DNA of 63,895 nucleotides from Bacilli bacterium (GTDB lineage Bacteria; Bacillota_I; Bacilli_A; RFN20; CAG-826): NCBI GenBank assembly GCA_024408095.1, contig JAKSVI010000005.1, positions 1 to 63,895 of the forward strand, read 5' to 3'. Shown piece by piece: positions 8,906 to 16,482 of this stretch (position 1 is its first letter; each line of letters starts with the position of its first letter). The notes under the pieces were generated by a model. It saw only the letters and a program-made list of their open reading frames with translations, ran no database searches and was not told where the DNA came from. The position numbers and the translations under genes were made by a program.

Positions 8906-10503
8906 CAGAATATGTATTGGATCAGAATGGTCACCCAGTAGTAAAAAAGAAAAAGAAACACACCGGTTTAAAAATCTTTTTGATTGTTTTATTGGTTATT
9001 ATCGTTTTACCAATCGCTTTGGCGTATGCACTTTTATATGACGGAAACACCAAACAGACAGAAGTTTCTAGTGATTTTTCTATTACTGAATATGCAAATA
9101 CAATAATGACTGATTCTTTAGATTTTTCGCTTGATGAAAATCCGCGTGCTTCGATTAGAGTGGGCGATGTTTTATTTGATAACTTATTATCTCTTGCTCT
9201 ACAAAAATTACCAAGCGCCGCAACAAGCGTCGTTAAAAAAGCATATGTGCAAATTTATAATAATGATATCTATGAATTTTATGTTGATTTGTTAGGATAT
9301 CCTATTTTTAAATCTCGTCTAAAATTAGTTACTACTTTAACTCAATCACCTAATAAAGATACGCTTTACCTAACTATTACTGATATTGCTATTGGCAGAT
9401 TAGGAGGTTTAACTTGGGTTGCGACTTCTTTCTTAAGTGATTCATTATTCAATGACTTGTTTAAAAATGCTGGTTTATCAATTAAATGTGACTTAGCGAA
9501 TAAGAGATTTTGTTACAAAGTTGAAGACCTATTTGCTGATATTGCTAATTTCATTACAGGCGACAGCAAATTAGATTCAGAAATGATTATTAATATTGCC
9601 AAAGAATTTTCTTTGAATAAGCTTTTATATGTTCACACCGTTGATAACAAATTATCTGTTGATATGGATTTGAGTAAGATTGAAACAAATAGTTATGTTA
9701 ATCCTTTTTGGGATTTCATCACCCTTAAAGACGGCATAACTATCGATGACATTGTTGCTCAAATGAAATCTGATTTAAAAGATGGTTCTTTGTCACCTGA
9801 TCACAATGCTTGTAAAGCATATTTTGAAAGTAAATATCAAAACGCCATTGAAGGCATTGAAGATGTTAAAAAAGATCCAAAATTCTTTGAAAAAGCCATC
9901 GTTAATTCTACAAAAATAAGTGGCACACCTCAAACTGGGATTACTGGTAGTGGTTCCTTGGCAGAGAGCATATTTAACAAATTCATTAGAGCTTCTGCCA
10001 TTATGGGTGAAGCATTCTTATTTAAATATAAAGATAAAAAGGGAGATTACAAAATTAATTACATAGCAATTGATAATGCTTATGTAGATATTTACAACTC
10101 TCATCTTTACATAGTTATTAAATTAAACATCAATGGTTTTAGAACGACCATGTCATGTATTTCAGAATTAGAAACTAGCAATGATCAGTTCCAACTTAGA
10201 TTTAATATCAAAGAAATTGATTATGGAGAGATAAAATCAACAAAACATTTAATGAATACTGTTAAAAAATTCGTTCACGATGCTTTCATAAGTGGCACAA
10301 TTCTTGACGGTACAATTTCTGTTGATACAGATGGTGATAATTTTGCAATCATAGTTAATTATATTCAAGGTATTGAAGCCGCCTTAAAACAAGCCGGTTT
10401 GAGCATTGTTGACAGAAACAAAATTGAATTTAAAGGAAGCAATATAGTTGGCCAAAAAGGCGATGACGGACATGTCGACGTCAGCTTTGCTTATAAAATT
10501 TAG
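8902..10503 (+). CDS. hypothetical membrane-anchored protein
   Basis: 533-aa ORF; basic stretch plus single N-terminal TM helix; ATGA overlap with upstream gene. Confidence 0.75.
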   Translation: MTEYVLDQNGHPVVKKKKKHTGLKIFLIVLLVIIVLPIALAYALLYDGNTKQTEVSSDFSITEYANTIMTDSLDFSLDENPRASIRVGDVLFDNLLSLALQKLPSAATSVVKKAYVQIYNNDIYEFYVDLLGYPIFKSRLKLVTTLTQSPNKDTLYLTITDIAIGRLGGLTWVATSFLSDSLFNDLFKNAGLSIKCDLANKRFCYKVEDLFADIANFITGDSKLDSEMIINIAKEFSLNKLLYVHTVDNKLSVDMDLSKIETNSYVNPFWDFITLKDGITIDDIVAQMKSDLKDGSLSPDHNACKAYFESKYQNAIEGIEDVKKDPKFFEKAIVNSTKISGTPQTGITGSGSLAESIFNKFIRASAIMGEAFLFKYKDKKGDYKINYIAIDNAYVDIYNSHLYIVIKLNINGFRTTMSCISELETSNDQFQLRFNIKEIDYGEIKSTKHLMNTVKKFVHDAFISGTILDGTISVDTDGDNFAIIVNYIQGIEAALKQAGLSIVDRNKIEFKGSNIVGQKGDDGHVDVSFAYKI

Positions 10504-10520
10504 AAGGAGAAGAAATTAAT

Positions 10521-11426
10521 ATGCAATTAGTTGTTCTTGCCGCCGGAATGGGCTCACGATTTGGCGGATTAAAGCAGATGGAGCCTATGGATAATTACGG
10601 AAATTTTTTGTTAGATTTTTCCGTTTATGATGCAAAACGTGCGGGATTTGATAGTGTTATTTTCATAATTAAGAAAGAATTTTATGAAGAATTTAGAGAT
10701 TCTATAGGCGCTAGAGTTAGCAAAATTATCAAAGTAGATTATGCCTTCCAGGATCTCAATGATTTACCTTCTGGATTTACATGTCCAAAAGATAGGGAGA
10801 AGCCTTGGGGAACAGCGCATGCTATATATGCGGCTCGTGACTTAATCAAAGAAGATTTCATTATTATTAATGGCGACGACTTCTATGGGAAAGAAACATA
10901 TCAAATCGCATTTGATTATTTAAAATCTTTACCATCAAATAGCGCTGGTAAATATGCTAATGTAGCTTTTAAAGTTAAAAACACAATGACTGAAAATGGC
11001 TCTGTTAAACGTGGAGTTTGTTTCGGAGATGAAAAAGGTTATTTAACCCATTTAGTTGAATCTTCAATCGAAAGAGTTAATGGTGAAATTATTGCCTCAC
11101 CTTTAGAAGAAAAATATGGCAAACCATTTAAAATCAAAGAAGATGATTTAGTAAGCATGAATTTGTTTGCTTTCAATAAAGATTTAATTAATAAATTAGA
11201 AATCAAATTCCCTTTGTGGTTAAAAGAGAATATCAATGTTCCAAAAAGTGAATTTTTAATTCCAACAGTGGTGGATGAATTAGTTAAAGAAAATAAAGCA
11301 TCCATGAAACTATTAACTTCACCCAGCGTGTGGTTTGGCGTCACTTACAAAGAAGACAAACCAGCCGTTGTTAGTGCTTTAAAGAAACTGACTGACAAAG
11401 GTGAATATAAAGAAGGTTTGTATTAA
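10521..11426 (+). CDS. sugar-phosphate nucleotidyltransferase (NTP_transferase family)
   Basis: LAAGMGSRFGGLKQ N-terminal motif, PWGTAHA, INGDDFYG; strong AAGGAG RBS. Confidence 0.88.
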   Translation: MQLVVLAAGMGSRFGGLKQMEPMDNYGNFLLDFSVYDAKRAGFDSVIFIIKKEFYEEFRDSIGARVSKIIKVDYAFQDLNDLPSGFTCPKDREKPWGTAHAIYAARDLIKEDFIIINGDDFYGKETYQIAFDYLKSLPSNSAGKYANVAFKVKNTMTENGSVKRGVCFGDEKGYLTHLVESSIERVNGEIIASPLEEKYGKPFKIKEDDLVSMNLFAFNKDLINKLEIKFPLWLKENINVPKSEFLIPTVVDELVKENKASMKLLTSPSVWFGVTYKEDKPAVVSALKKLTDKGEYKEGLY

Positions 11427-11427
11427 T

Positions 11428-12369
11428 ATGCCAGTTTTAGGTATTGATATCGGTGGAACTTCTATAAAAGGAAGCTTGGTTAATTCTCTTGGTGAATGCA
11501 AAGAAAATTTTGTTATGCCAATAAATCCAAACTTATCTCAAGAAGAAACAATTGAAGAATTACTTGATGTTATAGATAAGTATTTACAAGCAAATTTAAA
11601 TGGCGAATCATTAGATGGCATTGGCATGGGAATTCCTGGTTCATTAGATACTGAAAAGGGTATTGTTACTTTTTCAAATAATTTAAAATGGGAAGATCTA
11701 AAAATTGTAGATTTGTTCAAAAAACGATACAAAACTCCAATAAAAATCACAAATGATGCAAATGCTGCCGCTCTTGGAGAAGCAAGATTTGGTGCGGGGA
11801 AAGAGTTTAAAAATATGGTTATGATTACTCTTGGAACAGGCGTCGGTAGTGGCATCGTAATAGATGGTAAACTTTTCGAAGGTTATCTTGGAAAAGGAGC
11901 AGAATTAGGCCACACAACTTTAGTGCTTGATGGACTTAGCTGTTCATGTGGAAGAAGAGGCTGTTTTGAGATGTATGCTTCTGCTACTGCTTTAATAAGA
12001 CAAACAAAAGAGAAAATGTCTATATGCCCAGATTCATTGATGCATCAAATAAGTAATGAACTAGGTAAAGTTGATGGCAGAGTTGCTTTTATGGCGGCGA
12101 AAAAAGGTGATAAAGCTGCTAATGAAGTAGTTGATCAATATGTCAAATATTTAAGTGAGGGTATCTTAAATATCTGTAACGCATTAAGACCAGAATGTGT
12201 TGTTCTTTCGGGTGGTATTGCAAAAGAAGGTAGCTACCTCACAGACAAGGTCTTAAATTACTGCAAACTACAAGACTTCGGATATCCGTATTCTCCGTCA
12301 CTTGTTATTAAAATTGCCGAACTTGGATATCAATCAGGCATTGTCGGAGCTGCTTCTTTACTCCTTTAA
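11428..12369 (+). CDS. ROK-family sugar kinase (glucokinase-like)
   Basis: GIDIGGT, NDANAAALGE, TLGTGVGSG, ELGH, CSCGRRGCFE motifs. Confidence 0.93.
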   Translation: MPVLGIDIGGTSIKGSLVNSLGECKENFVMPINPNLSQEETIEELLDVIDKYLQANLNGESLDGIGMGIPGSLDTEKGIVTFSNNLKWEDLKIVDLFKKRYKTPIKITNDANAAALGEARFGAGKEFKNMVMITLGTGVGSGIVIDGKLFEGYLGKGAELGHTTLVLDGLSCSCGRRGCFEMYASATALIRQTKEKMSICPDSLMHQISNELGKVDGRVAFMAAKKGDKAANEVVDQYVKYLSEGILNICNALRPECVVLSGGIAKEGSYLTDKVLNYCKLQDFGYPYSPSLVIKIAELGYQSGIVGAASLLL

Positions 12370-12395
12370 TTGCCACTTCAGCCTTGAAAGGACGA

Positions 12396-12424
12396 TTGAC
12401 TCATCCCGATACTGTTTGTATAAT
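12396..12424 (+). promoter_or_regulatory. sigma70 promoter of putative antitoxin sRNA 1
   Basis: TTGACT-N17-TATAAT. Confidence 0.85.
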
Positions 12425-12430
12425 AATATT

Positions 12431-12474
12431 GTGTGTTTGGAGAGGCGCTAACCATGGCGCACCTCTCTTTTTTT
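12431..12474 (+). ncRNA. putative type I antitoxin sRNA copy 1 (~45 nt)
   Basis: Consensus promoter followed by GAGAGGCGC-taaccatg-GCGCACCTCTC hairpin and T7; convergent with the peptide ORF; ends approximate. Confidence 0.6.
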
Positions 12475-12503
12475 AAGGCCTTTAGACAATCGAGATGTCT
12501 AAA

Positions 12504-12623
12504 CTAATTTAGTTTTTCAAAACCACAATTAGGATCGTTAACGAGAGAATTGCTAAGACAACTTCTAGCATAACGCTCCTTCTTATACAAACAGATGAGG
12601 AATCGTCCCTTACAAGAAGGCAT
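12504..12623 (-). CDS. putative 39-aa leader ORF overlapping the toxin (mok-like), copy 1
   Basis: GGGAGG RBS, ATG at 12623; MPSCKGRFLICLYKKERYARSCLSNSLVNDPNCGFEKLN*. Confidence 0.35.
   Translation of the reverse strand: MPSCKGRFLICLYKKERYARSCLSNSLVNDPNCGFEKLN
12509..12571 (-). CDS. putative type I toxin, 20-aa hydrophobic peptide, copy 1
   Basis: AAGGAG-cgtt-ATG; MLEVVLAILSLTILIVVLKN*; one TM-length helix with a basic C-terminus. Confidence 0.65.
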   Translation of the reverse strand: MLEVVLAILSLTILIVVLKN

Positions 12624-12754
12624 ATTTTCTAAGCCTCCCATATATATAGTTCGACAAAAAATCGAATTTTTATTAAAATTACTTGAAAATTTTTAAAAAA
12701 AGCTTTGTTTTGCTGAAAATTTTGTATTTTTTTGAGCAATCAATGAGAGGACGA

Positions 12755-12783
12755 TTGACTCATCCCGATACTGTTTGTATAAT
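12755..12783 (+). promoter_or_regulatory. sigma70 promoter of putative antitoxin sRNA 2
   Basis: TTGACT-N17-TATAAT. Confidence 0.85.
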
Positions 12784-12789
12784 AATAAT

Positions 12790-12834
12790 AGTGGTTTTCG
12801 AGAGGCGCTAACCATGGCGCACCTCTCTTTTTTT
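12790..12834 (+). ncRNA. putative orphan antitoxin sRNA copy 2
   Basis: Same promoter, hairpin and T7, but the adjacent peptide segment is absent. Confidence 0.55.
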
Positions 12835-12938
12835 AATCCTTTAGACAATCGTGTTTATTAAAATAAGTTAAAAATTTTTAAAAAAGTTTTGTTTTGCAGA
12901 AAAGTTTGCATTTTTTTGAGTAATCATTGAAAGGACGA

Positions 12939-12967
12939 TTGACTCATCCCGATACTGTTTGTATAAT
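12939..12967 (+). promoter_or_regulatory. sigma70 promoter of putative antitoxin sRNA 3
   Basis: TTGACT-N17-TATAAT. Confidence 0.85.
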
Positions 12968-12973
12968 AATATG

Positions 12974-13019
12974 CAGTGGTTTTGGAGAGGCGCTAACCAT
13001 GGCGCACCTCTCTTTTTTT
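12974..13019 (+). ncRNA. putative type I antitoxin sRNA copy 3
   Basis: Same promoter-hairpin-T7 unit. Confidence 0.6.
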
Positions 13020-13047
13020 AGGCCTTTAGACAATCGAGATGTCTAAA

Positions 13048-13167
13048 CTAATTTAGTTTTTCAAAACCACAATTAGGATCGTTAACGAGAGAATTGCTAA
13101 GACAACTTCTAGCATAACGCTCCTTCTTATACAAACAGATGAGGAATCGTCCCTTACAAGAAGGCAT
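13048..13167 (-). CDS. putative 39-aa leader ORF, copy 2
   Basis: Identical to 12504-12623. Confidence 0.35.
   Translation of the reverse strand: MPSCKGRFLICLYKKERYARSCLSNSLVNDPNCGFEKLN
13053..13115 (-). CDS. putative type I toxin, 20-aa hydrophobic peptide, copy 2
   Basis: Identical to 12509-12571 with AAGGAG RBS. Confidence 0.65.
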   Translation of the reverse strand: MLEVVLAILSLTILIVVLKN

Positions 13168-13288
13168 ATTTTCTAAGCCTCCCATATATATAGTTCGACA
13201 AAAAATCGAATTTTTATTAAAATTACTTAAAAATTTTTAAAAAAATTATTTTTGATACATCGATATCATTAATATTTAATGAATCGTA

Positions 13289-13317
13289 TTGATTTGCTAT
13301 GCAAGTAGCTATAAAAT
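13289..13317 (+). promoter_or_regulatory. sigma70 promoter of the metK leader
   Basis: TTGATT-N17-TAAAAT just upstream of the riboswitch. Confidence 0.7.
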
Positions 13318-13324
13318 AAATGAG

Positions 13325-13425
13325 CTTATCAAGAACCGATAAACAGAGACGAAAAATATCGGTAGCAACTCTCAGTAATGAGTAAGTGCTTTCTCTAGCA
13401 AAGTCCCAGAACTTTGAACGATAAG
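13325..13425 (+). ncRNA. SAM-I-like (S-box) riboswitch aptamer, divergent P2
   Basis: P1 CTTATC/GATAAG, ATCAAGA junction, GCAAC and GTGC of P3, P4 CAAAGT/ACTTTG; lies upstream of metK. Confidence 0.85.
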
Positions 13426-13444
13426 TTGAGAAGATAAATTAAAT

Positions 13445-13475
13445 ACTTCTCCCACTTCTGGGGGAAGTTTTTTAT
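13445..13475 (+). terminator. riboswitch expression-platform terminator
   Basis: ACTTCTCCCA-cttc-TGGGGGAAGT-TTTTT between the aptamer and the metK RBS. Confidence 0.8.
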
Positions 13476-13492
13476 TGATAATGGAGCAGTTT

Positions 13493-14665
13493 ATGGAAAA
13501 AGAAAAAATTTTATTCTCAAGTGAATCCGTCAGTGAAGGTCATCCAGATAAAGTGTGCGATCGCATCGCGGACGCTGTTCTGGATGAGTGCTTAAAAAAT
13601 GATCCAGATTCTCATGTTGCCTGTGAAGTATTGGGGACAAATAATTATTTTTTAGTGGCAGGAGAGATTACTTCCAAAAGTAAGATCGACGTCACTAAAA
13701 TAGTAAAAGATGTTTTAAAAGAAATAGGATATGACAAAGAAGAACTAATATGTGATTATCACACTGTTGTGGTCGATGATAAAATCAAACAGCAATCTCC
13801 TGATATAAATAGAGGTGTAAATCAAACTAAACCTGAAGATTTAGGAGCTGGTGATCAAGGTATGATGTTCGGCTACGCTAGTAATGATACTAATAATTAT
13901 ATGCCTCTACCTATCGCTATTGCTCATGAACTGGTAAGAGAAGCAACGTCTCTCAGACATGATGGAGCCTTTATAGGCGCTAGACCTGATATGAAGAGCC
14001 AAGTGACAATTGATTATACAAATCCTAATAATTTAAAGATTGATACTATTCTTATGTCAATCCAGCATGATCCAGATATCAACTTCGAAGAGTTTAAAAA
14101 GTATGTCGAAGAGAATATCATGAAGAAAGTTGCACAAAAATTTAATTTAAACACCGACTTTAAAGTGTTAATTAATCCAACAGGAAGATTCGTTTTAGGT
14201 GGAACAGCGGGCGATACTGGCTTAACTGGCCGTAAAATTATTGTAGACACCTATGGGGGTTCAGCAGAACATGGTGGGGGAGCCTTTTCTGGAAAAGATC
14301 CATCTAAAGTCGATCGTAGTGGAGCATATATGGCTAGATACATCGCTAAAAATCTTGTGGCCGCAGGAGTGGCGGATCGTCTCCAAGTGCAACTAGCCTA
14401 TGCGATAGGAGTTTCTCGCCCTATATCTATAGGAATAAAGACATATCATTCCAGTAAATATAGCGATGAACAAATATTAACAGTCATAAATAAAGTGTTT
14501 GATACTAGACCAGGGATGATAATCCAAAACTTCTCGTTAAAGAAACCATCATTTAGATACCAAGACATCACTAATTATGGTCATGTCGGGAGAAGTGATA
14601 TTTCTTTGCCTTGGGAAAAGTTAGATAAGGTCGAAGAAATAAAGAAACTTATTAAAAATATATAA
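13493..14665 (+). CDS. metK: S-adenosylmethionine synthetase
   Basis: SESVSEGHPDK, GAGDQG, GLTGRKIIVDTYGG, GGGAFSGKDPSKVDRSGAY; GGAG RBS supports the start at 13493. Confidence 0.98.
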   Translation: MEKEKILFSSESVSEGHPDKVCDRIADAVLDECLKNDPDSHVACEVLGTNNYFLVAGEITSKSKIDVTKIVKDVLKEIGYDKEELICDYHTVVVDDKIKQQSPDINRGVNQTKPEDLGAGDQGMMFGYASNDTNNYMPLPIAIAHELVREATSLRHDGAFIGARPDMKSQVTIDYTNPNNLKIDTILMSIQHDPDINFEEFKKYVEENIMKKVAQKFNLNTDFKVLINPTGRFVLGGTAGDTGLTGRKIIVDTYGGSAEHGGGAFSGKDPSKVDRSGAYMARYIAKNLVAAGVADRLQVQLAYAIGVSRPISIGIKTYHSSKYSDEQILTVINKVFDTRPGMIIQNFSLKKPSFRYQDITNYGHVGRSDISLPWEKLDKVEEIKKLIKNI

Positions 14666-14681
14666 AATAAATATTTGATAT

Positions 14682-14720
14682 AAAGCGTTGCGGAAGTTTT
14701 AAAAAATCGCAACGCTTTTT
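14682..14720 (+). terminator. intrinsic terminator of metK
   Basis: AAAGCGTTGCG...CGCAACGCTTTTT. Confidence 0.8.
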
Positions 14721-14801
14721 CTACCACTATATAAAATATTTATTTATAATAAAGGTGTAGACCTATTCTAGATAAAAATTTGGAAAGGAGACATATTTAT
14801 C

Positions 14802-15353
14802 ATGAAATACCAAATTATCGGAAAAAACATCGAAGTGACAGATGGGATCTCTTCGGCCATTCAAACTAAATTAAGGAGAATGGACAAATACTTCTTGATT
14901 AATGAAGAAGTAGAATGTCGAGCAGTTGTCAGTGCTCATAACTTGACTCAAAAAGTTGAAGTGACAATCTTTTTACCATCAATGACTTTAAGAGCAGAAG
15001 TAGAAGATTCTGATTTATACGCTGCTATTGATTTAGCAATCGATAAATTAGAAGGACAGATGCGTAAAATTAAGACACGTATGGATAGAAGCAAATCTAA
15101 ATTATCTTTAGGTAAAGCTATTGACTTTGAAAATATTGAAGAAGAAGAAAAAGAATCTGAGAATGATGTCGTAGTGAGAACTAAATCATATTACTTAGAA
15201 GCAATGAGTATTGAAGAAGCTATTACCAGAATGGAAGCTTTAGGTCACCCATTCTTCATGTATCTAGATGAAGAAGATGATCGTATCTCAACTGTCTATA
15301 TAAGAAATGATGGAGGATATGGAGTCATTCAGGCTGAAAACCCTATCAAATAA
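14802..15353 (+). CDS. hpf: ribosome hibernation promoting factor (long HPF/RaiA)
   Basis: GKNIEVTDGI...DLYAAIDLAIDKLEGQMRK plus C-terminal M..EEA...ME.LGHPFF...Y.R.DG.YG domain. Confidence 0.93.
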   Translation: MKYQIIGKNIEVTDGISSAIQTKLRRMDKYFLINEEVECRAVVSAHNLTQKVEVTIFLPSMTLRAEVEDSDLYAAIDLAIDKLEGQMRKIKTRMDRSKSKLSLGKAIDFENIEEEEKESENDVVVRTKSYYLEAMSIEEAITRMEALGHPFFMYLDEEDDRISTVYIRNDGGYGVIQAENPIK

Positions 15354-15377
15354 GCCGTATTTTATTCGAATTTGTTA

Positions 15378-15410
15378 ATAAAGGCCTTGCCATTTTGGTA
15401 CGGCCTTTTA
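15378..15410 (+). terminator. intrinsic terminator of hpf
   Basis: TAAAGGCC-tTGCCA-ttt-TGGTAc-GGCCTTTTA hairpin. Confidence 0.7.
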
Positions 15411-15435
15411 TTATTTTGGATAAAATATAGGCGGA

Positions 15436-15490
15436 TTGAACTACCCCCTCCTACGCTAAATGTTTAAAGGTTAGGAATTCCTAGGCAAGG
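15436..15490. mobile_element. possible IS200/IS605-family end remnant (non-autonomous)
   Basis: GC-richer TTGAACTACCCCCTCCTACGCT...AGGAATTCCTAGGCAAGG; tail ATTCCTAGGCAAG recurs at 55381-55393; family assignment from recall only. Confidence 0.35.
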
Positions 15491-15629
15491 TAGCTTTTAC
15501 TAACTTATAAATTTGTTTCATAATGAAATCTTAGATTAATGAATATTCAATACGTTTATTTCTAGAAAAATAGTATTAATAGCTATATTTATTTGATATG
15601 CGCGTGTCTATGTGTATAATATCAACGTT

Positions 15630-16481
15630 ATGTCGATAAAATATTTAGCAACAGATTTAGATGGGACATTATTCTATCCTCGTGGATATAGACACTGCAT
15701 ATCTAGAAGAAATATTAAATTTCTAAGAAAATGGATTGATAGTGGTAACAAAGTTGTTTTAGTAACTTCACGAAGTCATGAATATACGAATAGACTAGAA
15801 AAAGAAATAGATAGACCAGTAGATGTTATTAACTGCACAAGCACTCAAATATACGCTAATGGGAAGATGATAAGAAACGAAAAGATGAATAATAAAGATC
15901 TAAAAGAAATAGTGGACTTTATTGAAACTAAATGTCATCCTAAAGCGATATTAATGACTAGCAAACAATATCCATGCTTTATTAAGAATGTCAAAGTAAA
16001 TTGGTTCTTCTTATTAATGTATAAAATATATTGGATATTCCAGTTCTGTTATAGAGAACATTACAATATGGGAAATAAACAGTTTGATGAAGAATTAGAA
16101 CATGGAGAAATATATAAATTGCTTATTTTCTTTGGACTTATGAAAAATAAGTCTAAAATAAGTGAGGAGATTAATGATAAAATAAATAAACAGTTTTCTA
16201 ATATTACTAGTTCATGGACTGATATCGTAAACGAGATCACTCCTCCTAACTGTAATAAAGGAGCTGGATTAACTTATTATTGTGACTACCTACATATAAA
16301 TAAAAAAGATGTATATGTGGTAGGAGATTCCGGTAATGACTTTACGATGTTTGACAACTTCTATGAAAATAGTTACTGCATGGCTCATTCCTATCCGAGC
16401 GTGAAGAAACGCGCTAAGCATGTAATTAGTAGAGTTTACAAGCTAGAAAAATTTGTATTGAAAGGAGAAGAAAATAAATAA
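15630..16481 (+). CDS. Cof-type HAD-IIB hydrolase
   Basis: ATDLDGTL, VTSR, NKG.GL, VGDSGND motifs; start reassigned to MSIKY. Confidence 0.9.
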   Translation: MSIKYLATDLDGTLFYPRGYRHCISRRNIKFLRKWIDSGNKVVLVTSRSHEYTNRLEKEIDRPVDVINCTSTQIYANGKMIRNEKMNNKDLKEIVDFIETKCHPKAILMTSKQYPCFIKNVKVNWFFLLMYKIYWIFQFCYREHYNMGNKQFDEELEHGEIYKLLIFFGLMKNKSKISEEINDKINKQFSNITSSWTDIVNEITPPNCNKGAGLTYYCDYLHINKKDVYVVGDSGNDFTMFDNFYENSYCMAHSYPSVKKRAKHVISRVYKLEKFVLKGEENK

Positions 16482-16482
16482 T

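Larger units (their letters stand above)
12385..13243. repeat. tandem repeat array: two near-identical ~315-bp units (12385-12700, 12928-13243) plus a middle unit lacking the central segment
   Basis: Direct comparison: 12475-12680 recurs at about +544 nt; the promoter-hairpin block occurs three times. Confidence 0.95.

Noticed and set aside
12378-12455. Minus-strand ORF from the SD-like GAGAGGTG-cgcc-ATG in each hairpin
   Set aside because: The frame differs between copies (MVSASPNTQYYY... vs MVSASRKPLLLL...) and is not hydrophobic; the motif is better explained as the terminator stem
12640-12680. SigH-type promoter (GTCGAA -10) for the toxin mRNA
   Set aside because: No AGGA -35 element at the expected spacing; the toxin mRNA promoter remains unidentified
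12385-13243. CRISPR array or iteron interpretation of the repeats
   Set aside because: Units are 180-360 bp with internal promoters and terminators, there are no unique equal-length spacers, and no cas or rep gene is present
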